DNA of 5,053 bases from an archaeon (GTDB lineage: Archaea; Iainarchaeota; Iainarchaeia; Iainarchaeales; CSSED10-239), in the NCBI GenBank assembly GCA_035357435.1, contig DAOPNM010000031.1, positions 1 to 5,053 of the forward strand, given 5' to 3'. Below the pieces are notes generated by a model that did not search any database, was not told where the DNA came from, and saw nothing but the letters and a program-made list of their open reading frames with translations. Made by a program: the position numbers and the translations under genes. Below, in pieces: positions 1 to 5,053 of the stretch. Each line of letters starts with the position of its first letter. Positions within the stretch are counted from its first letter, which is position 1.

Positions 1-555
1 GATAATCCCTCAATCAAAAACTTTGGACATTTTATATATGATGATGAAGGAATTAAAGGTAAAAAAAAATATTTAATAAAACAAGGAATTGTAAATGAAT
101 TTATTACAAACATTGAAACTGCTACAAAACTAGGAGAAACATCAAATGGCGGTGGAAGAGCAGAAAGTTATGCTAGCAGGCCTATACCAAGAATGAGTAA
201 CACATACTTTGAAAAAGGAAAAGATAACTTCGACGGCATGTTAAAAAATTACAATGGGTATATGTTAAAAGGATTTGCAGGGGGAGAAGTTGATCCATCT
301 ATAGGCACATTTATGTTTGGAATAAGACAAGTATATAAATACCAAAATGGAGAAATTAAAGAAAAATATAAGCAAGCATCTATTTCTGGAAACATCTTAA
401 CATATCTTAAAAATATTATTGAAATTGAAAATAAAACACACGAAAGTGCTTGTGGATTTTGTGGAAAAGATGGGCAAAGTATACATGTTGGAGACGGACC
501 AAATCCACATATTAAAATAAACAATATTACAATTGGTGGAATAAAACATGAATAA
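1..555 (+). CDS. tldD: TldD-type metalloprotease, C-terminal part (5' end lies left of the window)
   Basis: Frame +1 has no stop from base 1 to TAA at 553-555, so the Met at 193 in the ORF track is internal. Translation from base 1 reads DNPSIKNFGHFIYDDEGIKGKKKYLIKQGIVNEF...TSNGGGRAESYASRPIPRMSNTYFEKG...GGEVDPSIGTFMFG...ACGFCGKDGQSIHVGDGPNPHIKINNITIGG. From memory, these match the conserved C-terminal TldD blocks (GNxRRESY..P.PRM.NT and G.CGK.GQ..PVG.G.P). The HExxxH zinc motif would lie upstream of the window. Confidence 0.9.
   Translation, partial: DNPSIKNFGHFIYDDEGIKGKKKYLIKQGIVNEFITNIETATKLGETSNGGGRAESYASRPIPRMSNTYFEKGKDNFDGMLKNYNGYMLKGFAGGEVDPSIGTFMFGIRQVYKYQNGEIKEKYKQASISGNILTYLKNIIEIENKTHESACGFCGKDGQSIHVGDGPNPHIKINNITIGGIKHE
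535..540 (+). promoter_or_regulatory. Shine-Dalgarno-like site (GGTGGA) for pmbA, embedded in the 3' end of tldD
   Basis: The sequence reads ttGGTGGAataaaacATG. The 7-nt spacing is the same as at the other internal overlapped gene (3559-3565). Confidence 0.35.
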
Positions 556-1846
556 ACAAGAAATATTTGAACTATGCCAAAAGATTGCAAAAAAAGAACA
601 CATTGAATTTATTTATAGCAACAACTATCAAGAATATTGTGATATAAAAAAATTTGATTTAGAAAAAATTGAAAATAAAGAAAATTCAGGGCTGTTTATA
701 AGAGTAATAGAAAATGGACAAACAGGGACATTTGTTATAACACAAATATCTGAAAAAAATATTTTACAAGGAATTCAGAATGCAAAAAAAATTGCAAAAC
801 TAAAAAACAATATAAAAATTAATGATTTTGGATGTGATAAACCGAAAAACAAAACAAAATATAAAAATGATATAAAAAATATAGATTTTTCAGAAATCAT
901 GAAAAATACAAAAAAACAATTAACTAAAGAAAAATATTTTAAAGCATATGATGGATACCTTTCTAAAATGGTAAATTATAACTTTTATGTAAACCCTTAT
1001 GTCTCAGTAGAAAATAACAAAAGCACATTGGTTGCAAGCACAGTAATAGTTACAAAAGATAAAAAACCATCAAATGGATATTATAAACAAATATTTACTG
1101 AAACAAAAAAAATAGACATCCCTTATGTATTCCAACAAGCAAAAGAAAATGCAAAATTATTATTGAACCCTATACAAGGGGTACCTGAAACATATGATAT
1201 AATTTTAAATCAAGACATGACTGCATACATTATAGAAGGACTTATCCTTTCTGCAACAAAGGGAGAAAATATAGAAAAAAAAGATTCATATTTATGGGAT
1301 CAAATTGGGAAACAAACATTTTCTAAAAACATAACAATTATTGAAAATCCATTTATAGATGACTATGCAGGATCTAGTGACATAGACGATGAAGGATTTA
1401 AATGTACAGAAAAAAAAATTATAGAAAAAGGTGTTTTTAAACACCCCATTTATGATCAAACAAATGCAGAAAAATATCATAAAAAACCAACTGGGAATGG
1501 ATTTAGGCCAAGTCTTTATTCTAACATTATGTGTGGATATACAAATATTTTACAGAAACCAGGAAACCAAAATATAAATGATATAATTTCTAAAACAAAA
1601 AACGGGATTATTATTTATGGATTAATGGGCATGCATATGAATAAATTAACAACAGGAGAATTCTCATTAACAATAAGTAATGCAAAACATATAGAAAATG
1701 GTAAATTAAAAGATACAATAACCAACTTAAACTTTACAGGGAATATAAAAGAAACATTCAAAAATGCCTATTTTTCTAAAGAACAAAAATTTTTTGGGGA
1801 TTCACTATATTCCTACACTATTTTGGAAAATAAAAAACTGATATAA
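548..1846 (+). CDS. pmbA: PmbA/TldE-type protein (TldD/PmbA superfamily, probable non-catalytic partner of TldD)
   Basis: 432-aa ORF whose ATG overlaps the tldD stop (ATGAATAA, 548-555). Family-like blocks are present: SGLFIRVIENGQTGTFVIT near the N-terminus, PTGNGFRPSLYSNIMCGYTNILQKPG, and GIIIYGLMGMHMNKLTTGEFSLTISNAKHIENGKL near the C-terminus. There is no HExxxH anywhere in the protein, as expected for the PmbA/TldE subunit. GGTGGA lies at 535-540, 7 nt before the ATG. Confidence 0.87.
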   Translation: MNKQEIFELCQKIAKKEHIEFIYSNNYQEYCDIKKFDLEKIENKENSGLFIRVIENGQTGTFVITQISEKNILQGIQNAKKIAKLKNNIKINDFGCDKPKNKTKYKNDIKNIDFSEIMKNTKKQLTKEKYFKAYDGYLSKMVNYNFYVNPYVSVENNKSTLVASTVIVTKDKKPSNGYYKQIFTETKKIDIPYVFQQAKENAKLLLNPIQGVPETYDIILNQDMTAYIIEGLILSATKGENIEKKDSYLWDQIGKQTFSKNITIIENPFIDDYAGSSDIDDEGFKCTEKKIIEKGVFKHPIYDQTNAEKYHKKPTGNGFRPSLYSNIMCGYTNILQKPGNQNINDIISKTKNGIIIYGLMGMHMNKLTTGEFSLTISNAKHIENGKLKDTITNLNFTGNIKETFKNAYFSKEQKFFGDSLYSYTILENKKLI

Positions 1847-1848
1847 TT

Positions 1849-2412
1849 ATGCCTGAAAAAACACAAGAAAAAAAAGAAGCAAACATAGTAAAAGAGGAAA
1901 CAAAAGAACTAATAATGACACTAAAAAGCTATAATGAAATATTTTCTGATTTTGACTCAAGACCATATAATCAAAGGATATTGTCTGATGACTTTATTGA
2001 AGAACTAAATAGAGAATATAGAGACATACCTTCTGAAAAAATACGATTAAAATTATTAATCCCAGAAAACCAAAGAAATCAAGAAGAAGAAACAATTATA
2101 AAAAAAAGAATTAATGATTATTTTAAACAAAGATATATTGCAAATTATAAAACATATAAAAACAAAATTAAATCTGGGGTATGGTTAATTATAATCGGAA
2201 TTATATTGACTGCAATTTATATATTTTTAATAACTAAAATTGAAATATTAAAAATTTCATTTTTAGAAACAATTATTTCTGTAGGTGTGTGGTTTTGTTT
2301 TTGGGAAGGAGCCTATTTAATTTTATTTGATACAAATAATGAAAAACCAATTCTTGATTTTTGCAAGGCAATGGCAAATGCAAAAATATCTTTTGAAAGC
2401 ACAACAAAATAA
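1849..2412 (+). CDS. Hypothetical membrane protein: charged ~110-aa N-terminal domain plus a C-terminal two-helix hairpin
   Basis: 187-aa ORF starting 2 nt after the pmbA stop and ending in TAA. The coding strand has the same A-rich codon bias as its neighbours. Two clear hydrophobic helices are present: VWLIIIGIILTAIYIFLIT (about 2179-2235) and SFLETIISVGVWFCFWEGAYLILF (about 2257-2328). They are preceded by a K-rich stretch (YKTYKNKIKSG). I cannot assign a family. No Shine-Dalgarno-like sequence is seen upstream. Confidence 0.7.
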   Translation: MPEKTQEKKEANIVKEETKELIMTLKSYNEIFSDFDSRPYNQRILSDDFIEELNREYRDIPSEKIRLKLLIPENQRNQEEETIIKKRINDYFKQRYIANYKTYKNKIKSGVWLIIIGIILTAIYIFLITKIEILKISFLETIISVGVWFCFWEGAYLILFDTNNEKPILDFCKAMANAKISFESTTK

Positions 2413-2426
2413 AAATTTAAAAAAAA
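2411..2426 (-). terminator. Candidate oligo-T termination signal after yjbQ
   Basis: The reverse strand reads TAA-TTTTTTTT-AAA-TTTTT immediately after the yjbQ stop. This is the last gene of the minus-strand block, facing a convergent gene 14 nt away. No stem-loop is evident, so this would be an archaeal-style T-tract terminator rather than an intrinsic hairpin. Confidence 0.25.
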
Positions 2427-2852
2427 TTACTCACCAAAAACTTGTAACATAACTGTTCTTTTTCTAGGGCCATCAAATTCAAAAAACAAAATATTTTGCC
2501 AAGCACCAAGTGCTAACTTTCCATCAACAATTGGAATAAAAAGGCTTGTTTCTAGAAATAAGGATTTAAGATGGGAATGGGCATTAGTTCTTTCATCAAC
2601 TACATTATGGTTATATGGTAAATCATTGGACACTGCTTTATTAAAAAAATCTTGCATATCTTTCAAAAGATTTGGTTCTGCTTCATTTATTTTTAAAGCA
2701 GCAGTAGTGTGTTGAATAAATAGTAACAAATAACCTTGTTTTATTTTTTGTTTATTAACAACATCAAAAACTTTATCTGTTATATCTATAATAGATGGCC
2801 CTATACCTGTTTCAATATCCAATGTTTTATTAAAAAACATCATACACCCCAT
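2427..2852 (-). CDS. yjbQ: YjbQ/UPF0047 family protein (annotated in databases as secondary thiamine-phosphate synthase enzyme)
   Basis: The translation carries the family hallmarks: IIDITDKV, LLLFIQHTTAALKINEAEPNLLKDM, NAHSHLKSLFLETSLFIPIVDGKLALGAWQNILFFEFDGPRKRTVMLQVFGE. The start is ambiguous, with ATGs at 2852, 2843 and 2840. As I recall it, E. coli YjbQ begins MWYQKTLTL, which aligns with MFFNKTLDI and favours the ATG at 2840. A GGGGTG sits at 2845-2850. Confidence 0.9.
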   Translation of the reverse strand: MGCMMFFNKTLDIETGIGPSIIDITDKVFDVVNKQKIKQGYLLLFIQHTTAALKINEAEPNLLKDMQDFFNKAVSNDLPYNHNVVDERTNAHSHLKSLFLETSLFIPIVDGKLALGAWQNILFFEFDGPRKRTVMLQVFGE

Positions 2853-2873
2853 CTTTAATTAAAATTAAAAAAA

Positions 2874-3551
2874 TTAAGAACAATTAACATCATCTAACTC
2901 TCTTAAATCATAAATAGTATTATTATCAACAACCAATGCAGGACTTGTAACAACATTATTTTCTATAATTAGTTGATTTAAGATAGGTATATCTGTTAAA
3001 TATGGTAAAGCAAAAACAACAGTGTTTGGGCATCTTTTAGAAAATTCAGCTAATTTATTTTCAAAAAGTCTGGTTAATTGATTACTTTTAATTTCTTCAA
3101 CAGTTGCCTCTGGTGGTTCTGGATAAAAATATAAAATTATTTTTTTACCATGGTTACAATCAATATTTAAATTTGTATAATTTATCCATAATTTAATATT
3201 TGTTAAAACATACATATATTTAATGTAATTATCTGTTTTAACAACTGCATCTTTTTCTATAACTTTCAACTTATCTAATAATTCTCTATTTAATGCAAAC
3301 TCTGCATTTGCTTGTTTTTCTAAAACATTGCAAGCATCAATAGGAGTAGCTGCAGTTTTAAGATAACTAGAATAAAGATCATCTAAAAGTATTTGCTGAT
3401 TCAATAATTTAAATTCATCTTCAAGATTATTTCTTTTATATCTATCATACTCCAAAACTCCAAAAAAAACAATAAGACCAATAATTAAAACCACTATTGC
3501 CGCTGCTAAATATATATTTGTACTTACACTTTTTTTTGTATTTGTTACCAC
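2874..3551 (-). CDS. Hypothetical membrane-anchored protein (N-terminal TM helix, helical middle region, possible degenerate thioredoxin-like C-terminal domain)
   Basis: 225-aa ORF with a GTG start at 3549-3551 that overlaps the upstream stop (GTGGTAA). GGGGTGA (3559-3565) lies 7 nt upstream of the GTG. There is no in-frame ATG before residue 113, and the TM helix YLAAAIVVLIIGLIVFFGV (about 3453-3512) requires the upstream start. The tail has a beta-alpha-beta-like pattern (KKIILYFYPE..., TVVFALPY, SPALVVDN). Four Cys residues are present (74, 132, 174, 224). No family recognised. Confidence 0.7.
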   Translation of the reverse strand: MVTNTKKSVSTNIYLAAAIVVLIIGLIVFFGVLEYDRYKRNNLEDEFKLLNQQILLDDLYSSYLKTAATPIDACNVLEKQANAEFALNRELLDKLKVIEKDAVVKTDNYIKYMYVLTNIKLWINYTNLNIDCNHGKKIILYFYPEPPEATVEEIKSNQLTRLFENKLAEFSKRCPNTVVFALPYLTDIPILNQLIIENNVVTSPALVVDNNTIYDLRELDDVNCS

Positions 3552-4876
3552 GAATATTTCACCCCAAATAAGCTATAAATTATAGAAACAATACATATAA
3601 TAATAATTACAAAACCATGTATAAATATAAAATAAATAAAAGGAATTAAATAACCTTTTGTTAACTTAAAATCATTGTGCCCAAAAGACAAAAGAATATA
3701 ATATAATGAAAAAATCACAGAAATCAGCAATAATAAAAAAAAAGAATCTATAAAAAAATGTTTGGGAATAACCCTACTAAAATCTATTGGAGAAAAAGAA
3801 TATCCATATGTAAAAAGATTAACAAGAAAATAATATAAAGACACAAAAACATATTTTAAAACATTATAAATTACTTTAAAAACAAGAGAAATAGTTAAAA
3901 TAAGAGTGCCAAAAGAATAAGGTAAAACAAAAAGACCAAATGTTTTTTTACTTTTATCAAACAATAAAGACAAATATTTGATACTTACATCAAAACCACC
4001 CCTCATCCATCTTAATCTTTGTTTAAAAAAACTTTTAAAAGTTGATGGAACAATTGTTGATGCTTTTGCAGAAGACACAAACTTAAGAAGATAACCTGCA
4101 CTTATAAGTTTATAGGCAATTTCTTTATCTTCTGTTATATTCTCTTCATCATACCCCCCTACCTCATCAAACAATTTTTTAGACATTAAATTACAGCCAC
4201 CACACCCTAAATCAAGAGAATTGAGACTTGAAAGAACAACTTTTGGAAGACTAAAACTAAATTTATATTCTATCTGTTGAACTTTTTCTATAAAATTATT
4301 TGAATTATTTACATCTAAACCAGCAACAACAATTCCAACATTATCTTTTAATGTGCCAGTTAATTTCATTAAAACGTCTGGAGAAGGTATTGTATCACCA
4401 TCAATACTTAAAACATTATCTGTATGTATTTGTTTTAAGCCTTCATTCATAATTTTTGCTTTTACATTTAAATATTTTGTTTTATCAAAATATTCCTTTG
4501 GTAATTTAATTTGCTTTACACCTTTAACTTTATTTAAAAAATCACATGTGCCATCTGTAATTACACAAATATCAAAAGGTATAGGATATTCTAGCTTCTT
4601 TATATGATCTATTGTTTCTAAAATAGGTTTAAAATTGTTAAATGCATAAGTCACAACTGTTACTGTTGGAACTTTTTTAGGAAATGGCTCTGGTTCTGCA
4701 AAATCACTATATTTATGAGAAATCAAAATAGAACAGACTACAAAATAAATAAAAATTAAAAAAATAACAATTGTAAAAAAAACATTTAGTTTTATTGCAA
4801 AAGTAAAAAAAAGTATAATTAAAAAAATTATTAAATAAAAAAACCTATAATTATAAGGAGTTTTATATACCATCAT
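3545..4876 (-). CDS. Membrane-embedded processive family-2 glycosyltransferase (polysaccharide synthase type, as in PgaC/IcaA/NodC/BcsA/hyaluronan synthase); product sugar unknown
   Basis: 443 aa. There are two N-terminal hydrophobic helices (about aa 12-53), then a GT-A domain with VTVVTYAFNN, VITDGTCD, DGD (4394-4402), GCGGCNLMSKKLFDEVGGYDEENITED (TED at 4127-4135) and QRLRW (4007-4021). About four C-terminal helices follow (aa ~313-436). The motif coordinates were verified codon by codon on the reverse strand. Confidence 0.9.
   Translation of the reverse strand: MMVYKTPYNYRFFYLIIFLIILFFTFAIKLNVFFTIVIFLIFIYFVVCSILISHKYSDFAEPEPFPKKVPTVTVVTYAFNNFKPILETIDHIKKLEYPIPFDICVITDGTCDFLNKVKGVKQIKLPKEYFDKTKYLNVKAKIMNEGLKQIHTDNVLSIDGDTIPSPDVLMKLTGTLKDNVGIVVAGLDVNNSNNFIEKVQQIEYKFSFSLPKVVLSSLNSLDLGCGGCNLMSKKLFDEVGGYDEENITEDKEIAYKLISAGYLLKFVSSAKASTIVPSTFKSFFKQRLRWMRGGFDVSIKYLSLLFDKSKKTFGLFVLPYSFGTLILTISLVFKVIYNVLKYVFVSLYYFLVNLFTYGYSFSPIDFSRVIPKHFFIDSFFLLLLISVIFSLYYILLSFGHNDFKLTKGYLIPFIYFIFIHGFVIIIICIVSIIYSLFGVKYSW
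3559..3565 (-). promoter_or_regulatory. Shine-Dalgarno-like site (GGGGTGA) for the 225-aa ORF, embedded in the last codons of the glycosyltransferase gene
   Basis: The reverse strand reads tGGGGTGAaatattcGTG. GGTGA is complementary to the conserved 16S rRNA 3' tail (..GAUCACCUCC..). The spacer is 7 nt. Confidence 0.5.
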
Positions 4877-4903
4877 TAATCAAATTTAACTAATAGACTT
4901 GTG

Positions 4904-4932
4904 TAATAAATATAGGGCGTTTAAATTTAAAA
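4904..4932 (-). promoter_or_regulatory. Candidate promoter region for the glycosyltransferase operon (two TATA-like boxes)
   Basis: The reverse strand reads cccTTTTAAATTTAAAcgcccTATATTTATTAcacaagtctattagttaaatttgattaATGATG. The proximal box is centred about 34 nt upstream of the ATG. That distance would fit an archaeal TATA box driving a leaderless or near-leaderless mRNA. No SD is seen before this first gene. AT-rich background makes such motifs weak evidence. Confidence 0.25.
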
Positions 4933-4940
4933 GGGTTTGG

Positions 4941-5053
4941 TTAAGGCACAATCAAACGATTTTCTGAAAGTTTATATTCCCCATAATTTAAAAAATTACA
5001 TGTTTTCTCTAAAAAAGGATAATTAAAAAATAAAACAGTGCAAGGATTTTTAT
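4941..5053 (-). CDS. Possible 3' end of an upstream minus-strand gene running off the right edge (unknown product)
   Basis: The reverse frame starting at 5051 is open for 36 codons (KNPCTVLFFNYPFLEKTCNFLNYGEYKLSENRLIVP) before TAA at 4941-4943. An open run that long is uncommon in DNA this AT-rich. It is absent from the ORF track because it has no start codon inside the window. No homology recognised. Confidence 0.3.
   Translation of the reverse strand, partial: KNPCTVLFFNYPFLEKTCNFLNYGEYKLSENRLIVP

Noticed and set aside
61-69. Long poly-A tracts (for example A9 at 61-69 and A9 at 1410-1418) as slippery, frameshift or phase-variation sites
   Set aside because: They read in frame as Lys runs (KKK, EKK) within intact full-length ORFs. 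The frames before and after agree with family alignments. Such tracts are expected from AAA codon preference in DNA this AT-rich.
249-603. Two minus-strand ORFs (249..590 and 397..603) from the track
   Set aside because: They lie entirely antisense to the well-supported tldD/pmbA coding sequence. Their translations are Phe/Ile/Cys/Ser-rich, as expected from reading A-rich codons backwards. No motifs are present. They are shadow ORFs.
1292-1480. 62-aa minus-strand ORF inside pmbA
   Set aside because: It is antisense to a conserved part of pmbA, with a low-complexity Phe/Ile/Cys-rich translation. It is a shadow ORF.
1849-2412. The gene downstream of tldD/pmbA as a RiPP or microcin-type precursor processed by TldD/TldE
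   Set aside because: At 187 aa with two TM helices it is far too large and hydrophobic for a precursor peptide. It has no Gly/Ser/Cys-rich core. No cyclodehydratase, dehydrogenase or export genes are present in the window.
2853-2873. Near-palindromic TTAATTAAAATTAA in the short spacer, considered as an operator or repeat
   Set aside because: It is low-complexity A/T sequence, and palindromes of this size arise by chance at this composition. It is better treated as part of a T-tract/TATA-like spacer.
4353-4607. 84-aa plus-strand ORF inside the glycosyltransferase gene
   Set aside because: It is antisense to the GT-A domain, including the DGD motif region. There is no independent support, so it is a shadow ORF.
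1-5053. Alternative genetic code (TGA or TAG reassignment, as in some candidate-phyla bacteria)
   Set aside because: All genes terminate at TAA with lengths appropriate for their families. Trp is encoded by TGG at conserved positions (for example QRLRW). Nothing needs a reassigned stop to be explained.
4877-5053. A tRNA or small structured RNA in the longest non-coding stretch
   Set aside because: There is no GTTCRANYC-like T-loop, no acceptor-stem complementarity and no G+C-rich stems. The region is better explained by an edge ORF plus a promoter spacer.
5009-5053. Alternative minus-strand frame from 5053 (IKILALFYFLIILF, stop 5009-5011) as the tail of the neighbouring gene
   Set aside because: Only 14 open codons are present, which is easily chance. 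The other frame is open for 36 codons and gives spacing consistent with the rest of the locus. It remains a possibility only if flanking sequence supports it.

Overview
The window is very AT-rich (roughly three quarters A+T by eye) and tightly packed, with six well-supported protein genes and no rRNA, tRNA, CRISPR array or recognisable mobile element. On the + strand there is a likely operon. It holds the 3' part of tldD (open from base 1), an overlapping pmbA/tldE-type paralogue, and, 2 nt further on, an unplaceable protein with a C-terminal two-helix membrane hairpin. On the - strand, converging on that operon, there is a membrane-embedded processive family-2 glycosyltransferase with D, DxD, TED and QRLRW motifs. 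It is followed by a translationally coupled orphan membrane-anchored protein (GTG start with its own GGGGTGA ribosome-binding site inside the upstream gene) and then a YjbQ/UPF0047 protein. A further - strand reading frame is open from the right window edge (4941..5053) and may be the tail of another gene. All stops are TAA and gene lengths fit their families, so the genetic code appears standard. Gene overlaps, GGTGA-type ribosome-binding sites only on internal genes, oligo-T runs directly after stops and the Lys/Asn/Ile-rich proteins suggest a small-genome archaeon (DPANN-like) or a similarly reduced organism. That assignment is inference only. The two most interesting items are the glycosyltransferase plus orphan partner pair and the hairpin membrane protein tied to TldD/TldE. 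I see no clear evidence of a defence system or other exotic element.
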